A stretch of 64,000 nt of DNA, from the NCBI GenBank assembly GCA_029977615.1, contig JAPOKO010000004.1, forward strand, positions 20,207-84,206. The letters are read 5' to 3'. Below, piece by piece: positions 35,246-44,663 of this stretch (position 1 is the stretch's first letter; each line of letters begins with the position of its first letter). This stretch comes from a bacterium. Lineage in GTDB: Bacteria; Actinomycetota; Acidimicrobiia; Acidimicrobiales; Ilumatobacteraceae. A model generated the notes under the pieces. The model had not been told where the DNA came from, ran no database searches, and worked only from the letters and a program-made list of their open reading frames with translations. The position numbers were made by a program, and so were the translations under genes.

Positions 35246-36820
35246 ATGAGATCCCCCTCCTCGCCGCTTCATGTGAGATGGCTGGGCCGTGTTCCATACT
35301 CCGAAGCATTGGCATTACAACAGTCCATTTTTGAGCATGGCGTAGATCAACATTTGTTGCTACTTGAGCATCAGCATGTGTTTACGTATGGCCAACAAGC
35401 CAATCTTGAACAAAATCTAAAATGCAATCCAGATGAAGTTGGAGCAGACCTAGTTTCTGTTCATCGAGGTGGAGACATCACGTATCACGGACCAGGACAA
35501 TTGGTTGGGTATCCACTGTTAAATCTGCAAGCAAAATACGGAGAAAACGGTCCTGCAAATACTTCTGCTTACATCAACGATGTTGAGCAATTGGTTATCG
35601 ACACTCTGAGCGAACTTGGTTTGCCAAATGCAAGTCGAAAAGCTGGATTCCCGGGTGTATGGCTAGACGCAGAGACTGGTCAAGCACGCAAGATTTGCGC
35701 AATTGGTGTTCGTGTTGCACGTGGAGCAAGTGAGCGACGAACGATGCATGGTTTTGCGCTCAATGTAAACACCGACTTGAGTTACATGCGCGAGCACATC
35801 GTTCCCTGTGGAATCGCAGAATATGCAGTGACATCGCTTGCTGAAGAGGGAATCGCCGCGACGATGTTTGATGTGGTCAATGTTGTCAGCAATCTTGCGG
35901 TCAAGAAGTGGGGAAACGAATCTTCGACGCGATATGACATTGCTTGGGCTCATCAACCAGAACGCGATGGGCTGAGCATTTCTGTACGCAAGCCAGATTG
36001 GATTCGTCCACACGTAAATCACACCAGCGAAGTGCTGCTCACAAAGAAAACGCTTCGTGACTTGAATTTAGTGACGGTGTGCGAAGAAGCCGGATGCCCG
36101 AATTTGAGTGAATGTTGGAAAGACGGAACCGCAACGTTCATGGTGCTTGGCGATCGATGCACACGGGCATGTGGATTTTGCTTAATCGATACGCGGAAAC
36201 CTCTTGAGCCAGATGCGAATGAGCCATCGCGAGTTGCTGAAGCGGTGAGAAGGATGGGATTGGAATTTGCTGTACTCACGATGGTTGCTCGCGATGACTT
36301 GGCTGATGGCGGAATGCAGCATGTCGCCAACACCATTCGTGCGATACGTAATGAAAATCCAGGTGCGCAAGTTGAAGCATTGATTTCAGATGCCAAGGGG
36401 ACTGATGCGTTAGATGCAGTGTTGAACGAGCGTCCAGATGTGTTGAACCACAACATTGAAACTGTTGCTCGACTACAGCGAATGGTGCGACCTTCTGCCG
36501 GATATGCACGCAGCCTGTCGGTACTCGCACGATCTCGTGCAGCGGGGTTAACCACAAAATCTGGGTTCATGCTTGGCCTTGGCGAAACGTGCGATGAGGT
36601 TGAGGCAACGCTGATTGATCTTGCAAGCGTGGGCGTCAACATTGTGACCATCGGACAGTATTTACGGCCGAGTGCACAGCACCTCCCAGTTGTGCGTTAT
36701 GCCGAACCATCAGAGTTTGAGCACTACAAAGCATTTGGTGAACGACTTGGCATCAACCATGTTGAATCAAGCCCGCTCACTCGTTCGAGCTATCACGCAA
36801 AAGACGCGCATCGAAATTAA
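35246..36820 (+). CDS. lipB/lipA: Fused octanoyltransferase LipB (N-terminal about 225 aa) and lipoyl synthase LipA (from about aa 247)
   Basis: One 524-aa ORF. LipB marks: RGGDITYHGPGQLVGYP, KICAIGVRV, PCGI. LipA marks: VRKPDWIRP, CEEAGCPNLSEC, CTRACGFC, NHNIETV, RSSY. Confidence 0.9.
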   Translation: MRSPSSPLHVRWLGRVPYSEALALQQSIFEHGVDQHLLLLEHQHVFTYGQQANLEQNLKCNPDEVGADLVSVHRGGDITYHGPGQLVGYPLLNLQAKYGENGPANTSAYINDVEQLVIDTLSELGLPNASRKAGFPGVWLDAETGQARKICAIGVRVARGASERRTMHGFALNVNTDLSYMREHIVPCGIAEYAVTSLAEEGIAATMFDVVNVVSNLAVKKWGNESSTRYDIAWAHQPERDGLSISVRKPDWIRPHVNHTSEVLLTKKTLRDLNLVTVCEEAGCPNLSECWKDGTATFMVLGDRCTRACGFCLIDTRKPLEPDANEPSRVAEAVRRMGLEFAVLTMVARDDLADGGMQHVANTIRAIRNENPGAQVEALISDAKGTDALDAVLNERPDVLNHNIETVARLQRMVRPSAGYARSLSVLARSRAAGLTTKSGFMLGLGETCDEVEATLIDLASVGVNIVTIGQYLRPSAQHLPVVRYAEPSEFEHYKAFGERLGINHVESSPLTRSSYHAKDAHRN

Positions 36821-36849
36821 TCCCCACTACTTCACGTATAAAGGCCACC

Positions 36850-37728
36850 ATGACTACAACATCTCTTCGCGAAATAGCCGGCACAATTCAGTCGCAGCGC
36901 ACGGTTGAAGGCGGTGGATTCACCGTTCGACGTCCGTTTCCAACCGCACAACTAGATCAGATTGACCCGTTTTTGTTGCTTGATGAAATGGGGCCTGCGG
37001 ATTATGCGCCAGGCAAAGCAGTAGGTGCGCCAAGTCATCCGCATCGTGGGTTCGAAACGGTGACGTACATGTTGTCGGGCAGCATGGTGCACGAAGACTC
37101 AACTGGCACCAAAGCGGTTATCAAAAAAGGTGGAGTGCAATGGATGACCGCGGGATCTGGAGTTATCCATAGTGAGTTGCCAACTGAGGACATGATGAAA
37201 CTCGGTGGCCGAATGCACGGCTTTCAACTGTGGGTGAATTTGCCAGCTGCAAAGAAGATGATTGATCCGCGCTATCAGGGTTACGAAGCAGAAGAAATGG
37301 CCACCGTGCAATTGGCTAAGGGTGGACACATTCGAGTTGTTGCTGGGGTGGTACATGGTGCGAAGGGCCCAGTTGAAACCACGTCGCCAATGACGTATGC
37401 GCATGCTGTGTTGGAGGTTGGTGATGTTGTGGAATGGCTGCCAGAAGAAGGACATACGGCCCTCATTCACGTGTTTGACGGCGAAGCACGCGTGAATGAA
37501 TCAACGAGTGTTTCTGGAGAAATGGTGGTGTTGCAGAGAACTGCAGGTTTGGTGCGTGTTGAAGCAACAACGTCTGCTGCGCAAATCCTGATTTTGGGTG
37601 GTTTGCCCCTCGGCGAGCCAATGGTTCGCTATGGTCCATTCGTCATGAATACCAAGCAAGAGATCATCACTGCCGTTGAGGAATACAACGACGGCAAGTT
37701 GGTGAAGGTGGGGAAGAACAGCCTGTGA
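36850..37728 (+). CDS. Pirin-family protein
   Basis: 292 aa. HPHRGFETVTYML, GGVQWMTAGSGVIHSE and GPFVMNT. Confidence 0.9.
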   Translation: MTTTSLREIAGTIQSQRTVEGGGFTVRRPFPTAQLDQIDPFLLLDEMGPADYAPGKAVGAPSHPHRGFETVTYMLSGSMVHEDSTGTKAVIKKGGVQWMTAGSGVIHSELPTEDMMKLGGRMHGFQLWVNLPAAKKMIDPRYQGYEAEEMATVQLAKGGHIRVVAGVVHGAKGPVETTSPMTYAHAVLEVGDVVEWLPEEGHTALIHVFDGEARVNESTSVSGEMVVLQRTAGLVRVEATTSAAQILILGGLPLGEPMVRYGPFVMNTKQEIITAVEEYNDGKLVKVGKNSL

Positions 37729-38843
37729 GTTCAACAATTGCCACCACTTCCGACTACCTCGAACGCATTGCAAAAGTTCGCGCTGCCATGTCTGCGCAGA
37801 ACGTAGATGCTGCGTTGCTCTCCGTTGGTCACGACCTTCCGTATTTGTCGGGGTATGAAGCAATGCCGCTTGAGCGTTTGACCATGTTGGTGGTTCCGCA
37901 GAGTGGACAAGTGAGCATGGTGGTTCCGCGTCTTGAAGTTCCGCGCGTTGTTACACAGCCGGAAGTGTTTTCAATTGTTCCGTGGAATGAAACCGACAAC
38001 CCGATTGCGATTGTGGCGAAGCTTTTGGGCGACGCCAAGCGAATTGCGGTTGGCGATCAAATGTGGGCGCGATTCCTGGTGGAATTGTTGCCACATGTTC
38101 CGGGTGCAACATTTACTCGCGCTGTAGATGTGGTTGGAGCATTGCGAATGACTAAAGACGCAAGTGAAATTGCAGCACTTCGTGCTGCTGGTGCCGCAGC
38201 CGACAGGGTCGCCGCACAATTGCATGCAGGCAAGATTCCACTTATCGGTCGCACCGAAGCAGCGGTTTCCGCCGATATTTCCTCGCGCTTGATTGCAGAG
38301 GGTCACGATGTAGTGAATTTTGCAATTGTTGCTGCTGGCGAAAATGCTGCAAGTCCACACCACCACGCTGGTTCACGAGTAATTCAAGCAAATGAAATTG
38401 TGCTCTGTGATTTTGGTGGAACGATGAATGGATACTGCAGCGACATTACGAGGTGCGTGTTTACGGGTCAGATTGCAAATGATGTTGCCGAAGCATACGC
38501 GGTGCTCTTTGCGTCACAGGCCGCTGGAGTTGCAGCAGGTGTTGTGGGAAATGCTTGTGAAGATGTTGACCGCGCCTCACGAGCAGTAATTGAACAAGCT
38601 GGTTACGGCGAGTATTTCGTGCATCGAACAGGGCACGGAATTGGCATGGAAGCCCACGAAGATCCGTACATGGTGAGCGGCAACAAATTGCCAATTGCCG
38701 CTGGCCATGCATTCAGTGTTGAGCCAGGTATTTACATTCCGGGTAAATGGGGTATGCGTTTGGAAGACATTGTTGTGGCAACAATGAATGGTCCGGAATC
38801 AATGAATGTTGCAAATCACAATTTGATTGTCGTTGAAGCCTAA
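37725..38843 (+). CDS. M24-family Xaa-Pro dipeptidase/aminopeptidase
   Basis: 372 aa. The GTG start overlaps the pirin stop. Metal ligands in DFGGTMNGYCSDITR, HRTGHGIGMEAHE, EPGIY and LED. Confidence 0.9.
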   Translation: MSSTIATTSDYLERIAKVRAAMSAQNVDAALLSVGHDLPYLSGYEAMPLERLTMLVVPQSGQVSMVVPRLEVPRVVTQPEVFSIVPWNETDNPIAIVAKLLGDAKRIAVGDQMWARFLVELLPHVPGATFTRAVDVVGALRMTKDASEIAALRAAGAAADRVAAQLHAGKIPLIGRTEAAVSADISSRLIAEGHDVVNFAIVAAGENAASPHHHAGSRVIQANEIVLCDFGGTMNGYCSDITRCVFTGQIANDVAEAYAVLFASQAAGVAAGVVGNACEDVDRASRAVIEQAGYGEYFVHRTGHGIGMEAHEDPYMVSGNKLPIAAGHAFSVEPGIYIPGKWGMRLEDIVVATMNGPESMNVANHNLIVVEA

Positions 38844-38855
38844 GTTCTTCAGGTC

Positions 38856-39596
38856 ATGATTCGTTTAGAAGCAGCAACGGTGATGTTGCAATGGGCCGTA
38901 GGTGGTCTTGCCTTTTTGTGGTTCACCACACGTCGAAACGAAGTTGGCGCTGGTTACGGCACGTTGTTGCGTATTACCTATGGCGCGTTTGCGGTTATCG
39001 CGGTGGTGTTAGGCAATCGCTACGGAGTCAGCATTGTTCGTGAGGCATCAAGCGTTGCAGTCGCTATTGCAGCATTCGTTCTGATTCGAAACAAGCGATC
39101 AAAACTTGATCTCATCGCACCGCTACTTGGTATTCCGGGAATTATTGCCGCAGGAGTATCAGCAGCGAGCGAAGGTAGTGGTGGCGATGTTGTTGTGTCG
39201 TTGCTAAGAATCATTGTTGGAACGCTGTTTCTGGGTGCTGTGAGCGACACGATGTTGCTTGGTCACTGGTATTTGGTGCAGCCAGGAATGCCGCGAAAAC
39301 TGATCAATGAAATCACTAGTGCAGTTATTTACTTGTGGCCGCTTGAAGTAGTGGTGCTTCTTTTGCCAACGGGAATGTTCAGCGTGCTGAATGGAACTAT
39401 TGACGACGGCTGGGATGGCGTGCTTGGGTGGTTCTGGCTTGCGTCTGCGGTGGTCACAGGAGTGCTTGCGCTTGTCACGCGCGCAGCATTGAAAGAGCGA
39501 AGCTATTCAGCGGTAATGGCTGCAACTGGTTTGATGTATTTGGCCATTCTCACTGCGTTTTGCACCGACATTGTCGGGCGGGCTTTACTCGCTTAA
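38856..39596 (+). CDS. Hypothetical polytopic membrane protein
   Basis: 246 aa with about 6 hydrophobic segments. No family recognised. Confidence 0.6.
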   Translation: MIRLEAATVMLQWAVGGLAFLWFTTRRNEVGAGYGTLLRITYGAFAVIAVVLGNRYGVSIVREASSVAVAIAAFVLIRNKRSKLDLIAPLLGIPGIIAAGVSAASEGSGGDVVVSLLRIIVGTLFLGAVSDTMLLGHWYLVQPGMPRKLINEITSAVIYLWPLEVVVLLLPTGMFSVLNGTIDDGWDGVLGWFWLASAVVTGVLALVTRAALKERSYSAVMAATGLMYLAILTAFCTDIVGRALLA

Positions 39597-40996
39597 ATCG
39601 GTGAGTTTGGCGCCACAAGCGCCCATGGGCGGGAGCGTTCCATGGCAAGTCCAAGTTCGAGTAGTAATTGTTCGCTGAAATGGCGACCGTTTACTTGCAG
39701 TGCAACAGGTAGGCCTTCAATAAGTCCTGCTGGAATTGAAATTGCTGGATTGCCATACATGTTTGCTGGAAAAGTGAGCTTGCCGTTGTTCCCCATTCCC
39801 GCTTCAATGCCTCCAAAGTTTGACGGCAAAGGGCCTTCGGCGTTGAACGCAACATCGGGGTTGCTAGCAGTGATGACAAAATCGACCTGTTCAAAAATTT
39901 CGTGCATGCGTTGATTCAGTGCAGCGCGTCGAGCTTCAATTTTCGCGCGAGCCTCAGCACCATATTTGCCGAGAGTTGCTTCAATGCCGAAGCGCATTTC
40001 CGGTGTAAGCACGTCGGCGCATTCTGGCCAATGGTCTGCTAGTTGCATTTGAATTTCGATCATTCCACTGATTGACCAAGCAGCACCCATGCTGGGAAGT
40101 GTGGTGTCAATGGTGATGATGTTCATTGCGGTGATCGAAGCAAGATGCAATGCGTATTCCTCGAGTTGTTGCCACATTGCTGAGGAGACCACTGCGCCAC
40201 CCCAATTAGGCGCAAGCACGGCTGTTTTTCCGCGTAACGAAGAAGCATGACTGCCTAATTCATTTTCCCAGTTTTCAACGCGCTGCAAACTCAGTGGGTC
40301 TCGTGAGTCATGCCCATTGCACACGTCAAACCAGCGCGCAGTGTCGCGAATGCTTCGCGCCATCACTCCGGTGTTCACGGTGAGATTTCCAAGTTCTGTA
40401 TGTGGCGCGCGAGGAATTCTGCCAAACGTTGCCTTCAGTCCGACAAGACCAGTGAAGCCAGCAGGAATTCGAATAGAACCTCCACCGTCACCTCCAGTTG
40501 CAATGGTGACCAGGCCACCAGCAACAGCGGCGGCGCTGCCTCCCGACGACCCTCCGGGAGTACGACCAATTTCCCACGGGTTATGTGTTGCTCCATTGAG
40601 AACTGTACGAGTGACATTTACGCCGCCAAACTCGCTTGCAGTGCACAAACCAATTGCATTCGCTCCGCCAGTTTGCGTAGCACGTTGAACCATGACTGAT
40701 GTGTGTGTTGCCTTGCGATCTGCAAAGACCACGCACGCCTCTGTGTAAGGCCACCCTTCCACAGCATCAAGCTCCTTGACACCTAATGGAATTCCACCGA
40801 ATGGTTTCGACACGTCAGCAGTCTTTGCTCGCTGAGTTGCGCCTTCTGGGTCAATAAATGAAAATGCGTTGAGCGAACTTTTTTCAATAGCGTTGAGCGA
40901 AGCCTGTAACTCTTCCAGCGGGGAAAGTTTTTTATTGCGAAAGGCATCGACAAGCGAGCAGGCATCGCCCATCCACGGGGTCTCAGTTGTGTTCAT
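39593..40996 (-). CDS. Amidase-signature family amidase
   Basis: 467 aa. GGSSGGSAAAVAGG and the GGDGGGSIRIPA signature. Confidence 0.9.
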   Translation of the reverse strand: MNTTETPWMGDACSLVDAFRNKKLSPLEELQASLNAIEKSSLNAFSFIDPEGATQRAKTADVSKPFGGIPLGVKELDAVEGWPYTEACVVFADRKATHTSVMVQRATQTGGANAIGLCTASEFGGVNVTRTVLNGATHNPWEIGRTPGGSSGGSAAAVAGGLVTIATGGDGGGSIRIPAGFTGLVGLKATFGRIPRAPHTELGNLTVNTGVMARSIRDTARWFDVCNGHDSRDPLSLQRVENWENELGSHASSLRGKTAVLAPNWGGAVVSSAMWQQLEEYALHLASITAMNIITIDTTLPSMGAAWSISGMIEIQMQLADHWPECADVLTPEMRFGIEATLGKYGAEARAKIEARRAALNQRMHEIFEQVDFVITASNPDVAFNAEGPLPSNFGGIEAGMGNNGKLTFPANMYGNPAISIPAGLIEGLPVALQVNGRHFSEQLLLELGLAMERSRPWALVAPNSPI

Positions 40997-41048
40997 TGTC
41001 TAAAAATAGTCGCTAAAAACGCTCTATCTATTAGTGTGATGATGCGTT

Positions 41049-41867
41049 ATGGATACCAAAGCCTTCCTCGGAATTGAGCCAAAGGGAATTCATACAGCCA
41101 CAAATGGACAATGGTCGATGGTTGTTCGACCTGGCCTCGTAACTGGTGGCAATTTTCTTTGGGGCGGATGCGGATTAGCCGCTGCAGTTGCAGCAATAGA
41201 AGAGTTGTCTGGCCGCACGTGTGTATGGGCAACAGCTCAGTACTTGTCGTACGCACGAACAGGCGAAACCATGGACATCGATGTAACTCTTGCTGTCGTT
41301 GGGCATCAGATCACCCAAGCGCGAGCTGTGTGCCATGTTGGAGACCGCGAAATTCTCACAGTAAATGCGGCAGTTGGCGAGCGACCATTTGAGTACGCAC
41401 ATTCATTCGTGAAGATGCCCGATGTGCCACCACCAAGTGCATTGAAGCAGCGTGCACATCGCAGCGATGTTTCAAACACCATTCACGAAAAAATGGAAGA
41501 GCGTTTTGTCATTGGACGTGAGCTTGAGGAACTAGATGAAGTTCCCAATGATGGTCGCACCCTCATGTGGGCTCGTATTCCCGATGTGATTGATGGTGTG
41601 GACACCGCAACATTGGCCGTACTAGGTGACTTCGTGCCAATGGGCGTTGGCCAGGCACTCGGCATACGGGGAGGGGGAAACAGCCTTGACAACACGCTCC
41701 GTGTGGTTCGCCTCGTTCCCACCAAGTGGGTGTTGTTAGACATACATATACAAGGCGTGGAGCGCGGCTTTGGGCACGGAACAGTAAACATGTTCGCCGA
41801 AGACGGAACGTTTCTTGCCACCGCAAGTCAAAGTTGTATTGCTCGAATGTGGAGGGAACCAAAATGA
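41049..41867 (+). CDS. Acyl-CoA thioesterase (double hot-dog, TesB-like)
   Basis: 272 aa. Two hot-dog-like halves with an overall TesB-like pattern. Confidence 0.75.
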   Translation: MDTKAFLGIEPKGIHTATNGQWSMVVRPGLVTGGNFLWGGCGLAAAVAAIEELSGRTCVWATAQYLSYARTGETMDIDVTLAVVGHQITQARAVCHVGDREILTVNAAVGERPFEYAHSFVKMPDVPPPSALKQRAHRSDVSNTIHEKMEERFVIGRELEELDEVPNDGRTLMWARIPDVIDGVDTATLAVLGDFVPMGVGQALGIRGGGNSLDNTLRVVRLVPTKWVLLDIHIQGVERGFGHGTVNMFAEDGTFLATASQSCIARMWREPK

Positions 41868-42841
41868 TTCGTCGCAACGGAATGACAGTTCCGCTTCCGG
41901 GACATTTGCACGATCACAAAGAGAAATATGCACAGTTGGCCGACTGGGGTTATAGCGACATTTGGTCTGCTGAAACCGATGGCGCAGATGCATTCACTCC
42001 CTTGGCGTTAGCTGCAGCGTGGGAGCCGCGACTTCGTCTTGGAACTGCAATTGTTCCTGCATATACGCGTACTGCTCCTGTAATTGCGCAAAGTGTTGCT
42101 GCGCTTGCCGATGCAGCGCCGGGTCGTTTTGCAATTGGAATTGGTTCGTCAAGCAACGTGATCGTGGAGCGTTGGAATGGTGTGCCATTTGTAGACCCGT
42201 ACAAGAAAGTTCGCGATGTGGTTCGGTTTTTGCACGACGCGTTTTCTGGAGAAAAAGTCTCTAAGGAATATGACACATTCAAAGTTGATGGATTTCGATT
42301 GAGCATTAAGCCATCGCAAAAACCAACGATCCTTATTGCTGCTCTTCGCGAAGGAATGTTGAAATTGGGTGCTCGTGAAGCAGATGGTGTGATCATCAAT
42401 TGGCTAAGCGCTCAAGACGTCACCAAAGTTGCCAAGGTGGTAAGCGATGCAGCAAACGGAATTGAAAAGGAAATTACTGCACGCATTTTTGTTTGCCCCA
42501 GCGAAGACACCGAAGTGGTTCGTGCCGGAGCGCGCTTTGCAATTGCTGCTTACATGAACGTTCCTGTATATGCCGACTTCCATCGATGGATGGGACGCGC
42601 GCCACTGATGCAGGGAATGTGGGATGCGTGGAAAGCGGGCGACCGTAAAGCAGCGTTGGCTGCCATTCCCGATCAAGTAGTTGATGAATTAGTGGTGCAT
42701 GGAAGCCCAGCACATTGCCGAGACATCATTTCTGAGTATTTCAAGAATGGTGTGACGACGTCATCGATTGCAATTCTTCCGCTTGATCCAAATTTGGATT
42801 ATTGGAAGTCAGTTAAAGCGCTTTCACCAAGTGCTAGTTGA
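41864..42841 (+). CDS. LLM-class (luciferase-like) flavin/F420-dependent oxidoreductase
   Basis: An ATG at 41864 overlaps the thioesterase stop (ATGA). It gives MIRRNGMTVPLPG...WGYSDIWSAE...RLGTAIVP, typical of LLM proteins. The track extension to 41726 was trimmed. Confidence 0.82.
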   Translation: MIRRNGMTVPLPGHLHDHKEKYAQLADWGYSDIWSAETDGADAFTPLALAAAWEPRLRLGTAIVPAYTRTAPVIAQSVAALADAAPGRFAIGIGSSSNVIVERWNGVPFVDPYKKVRDVVRFLHDAFSGEKVSKEYDTFKVDGFRLSIKPSQKPTILIAALREGMLKLGAREADGVIINWLSAQDVTKVAKVVSDAANGIEKEITARIFVCPSEDTEVVRAGARFAIAAYMNVPVYADFHRWMGRAPLMQGMWDAWKAGDRKAALAAIPDQVVDELVVHGSPAHCRDIISEYFKNGVTTSSIAILPLDPNLDYWKSVKALSPSAS

Positions 42842-42856
42842 TCCGTCGGTTTATTC

Positions 42857-44662
42857 ATGACATCAATTGAGTCCGATACCGAGGTTGCGGCTCGACTCGA
42901 ATTTGAAGAGACCCAACGCAGCGAAGGGTGGCGCTTGTTGCGTGCTGCATTGCGAGTGCAGCGACGCAATTTATTGCTTGGTGCGTTGGTAGGAATTCTG
43001 TGGGCCTCATTCAAAGTAGCGGTACCGCAGATGACGAAGTATGCCATCAACGACGGCATTGAAAAGAATGGACCGTTGTTGCGGTGGGCATTGATTATTG
43101 GTGGTCTAGGCGTGCTTACGGGTCTGTTGTCGGGAATGCGCCGTTACATCGCGTTCCGTGAAAGCCGATGGGCAGAAACCTTGTTCCGTGAACGACTGTT
43201 TTCTCACGTATTGAATCTCCACGTTGGATATCACGACAAGGCGCAAACAGGACAGTTAATGAGCCGAGCCTCAAGCGACCTCATGCAAATTCAAGGATTC
43301 ATTGTGATGATTCCGATCACGCTGTCAAACGTGATTCAGATTTTTGCTGTTACTGCGATTCTCTTCATTACTGATCCGATCTTGGCAGTTGTTGCGCTTA
43401 TTCCATTGCCCTTTGTCAATCTTTCAGCGCGAAGGTTTAGTCATCGAATTCATCCAGCGTCTATCGCAGTTCAAGCGGAACAGGCCCAGTTGGCGAATGT
43501 TGTTGAAGAAAGCATCTCTGGTGTTCGTGTAGTGAAGGGCTTTGGCGCAGAGCAAGTGCAGTTTGAAAAACTTGAAAAAGAAGCAGACGACATTTTGCGT
43601 GAGTCAATGAAGGCTGCACGCATCCGCTCCAGTTTTATGCCGGCTATTGATGTGCTGCCTGCACTTGGTTTGGTCGCGGTGCTTGGAGTTGGTGGTCATC
43701 GTGTTCTGAACGGCGATTTAACCATTGGCGATCTTGTTGCATTCAACGTGTATCTCACCTTGCTTATTTGGCCACTGCGCAATATCGGCATGATTGTGGC
43801 TCTTGGCCAACGTGCCGCCGCAGCGCTTGTTCGAATAAACGAAGTCATGTCAACACAATCTGAAATAACAGATCCTGCGCAACCCAAAACATTGCCAGAG
43901 CAAACTGCAGAACCAGTTGGCGCAGTGAAATTTGACAAAGTGATATTTGGGTACAACCCAGAGTTTCCGGTACTTCGAAATTTCAGTATGGAAATACGAG
44001 GTGGCGAGAGCATCGCCATTGTTGGCGCAACGGGATCTGGGAAGTCAACCGTTACTCGTTTGCTGTTGCGGTTTTACGACACGCAAAGCGGACATGTGTT
44101 CCTAGACGGAATTGATGTTCGCAAATTAAAACTCGCCGAGTTACGAAAGCACATCGGAGTTGTCTTTGAAGACACAGTATTGTTCAACGATTCGGTGCGC
44201 AACAACATTGCCTTCGCTAAGCCAGATGCAGGCGTAGAGGAGATTGAACGCGCTGCAAAGTTGTCGGGTGCGCATGACTTTGTTTCACAGCTGCCAAATG
44301 GATACGAAACAGTGATTGGCGAACGTGGCTTTTCGCTATCGGGTGGACAACGCCAACGAATAGCAATTGCGCGAGCGATTGTTGCTAATCCAAGAGTGCT
44401 GGTGCTTGACGATGCGACGAGTGCAGTTGACCCAAGTAAAGAAGGCGAAATTCGCGATGCGATGAAGACGGTAATGTCCGGTCGAACCACCATTGTGATT
44501 GCACATCGTCCTGGAACTATTGCCCTCGCAGACCGAGTTATCTTGCTTGATGAAGGCAAAGTTTCTGCCATTGGCACCCACGACGAACTAGTGGGATCGA
44601 ACGCCCGCTATCGAGAAGTGCTCGCAAGTATGAGCGCACCTGAAGACGAAAAGGTGGGCTGA
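42857..44662 (+). CDS. ABC exporter subunit (TMD-NBD half transporter) carrying the degenerate Walker B (LDDATS)
   Basis: 601 aa. 6-TM domain, Walker A GATGSGKST, signature LSGGQRQR, Walker B VLVLDDATSAVD. Confidence 0.92.
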   Translation: MTSIESDTEVAARLEFEETQRSEGWRLLRAALRVQRRNLLLGALVGILWASFKVAVPQMTKYAINDGIEKNGPLLRWALIIGGLGVLTGLLSGMRRYIAFRESRWAETLFRERLFSHVLNLHVGYHDKAQTGQLMSRASSDLMQIQGFIVMIPITLSNVIQIFAVTAILFITDPILAVVALIPLPFVNLSARRFSHRIHPASIAVQAEQAQLANVVEESISGVRVVKGFGAEQVQFEKLEKEADDILRESMKAARIRSSFMPAIDVLPALGLVAVLGVGGHRVLNGDLTIGDLVAFNVYLTLLIWPLRNIGMIVALGQRAAAALVRINEVMSTQSEITDPAQPKTLPEQTAEPVGAVKFDKVIFGYNPEFPVLRNFSMEIRGGESIAIVGATGSGKSTVTRLLLRFYDTQSGHVFLDGIDVRKLKLAELRKHIGVVFEDTVLFNDSVRNNIAFAKPDAGVEEIERAAKLSGAHDFVSQLPNGYETVIGERGFSLSGGQRQRIAIARAIVANPRVLVLDDATSAVDPSKEGEIRDAMKTVMSGRTTIVIAHRPGTIALADRVILLDEGKVSAIGTHDELVGSNARYREVLASMSAPEDEKVG

Positions 44663-44663
44663 T

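Noticed and set aside
35915-35983. LipB-LipA junction as two genes with a hidden internal start
   Set aside because: The in-frame codons across the connector are gaa tct tcg acg cga tat gac att gct tgg gct cat caa cca gaa cgc gat ggg ctg agc att tct gta. They include no stop and no ATG, GTG or TTG. The two ATG triplets present are out of frame. I therefore kept it as a true fusion, subject to read-level verification.
36019-36651. 210-aa minus-strand ORF
   Set aside because: It is a shadow ORF antisense to the LipA part of the lipB/lipA gene. Its composition is Ser/Arg/Ala-rich, as expected for antisense reading, and it carries no recognisable motifs.
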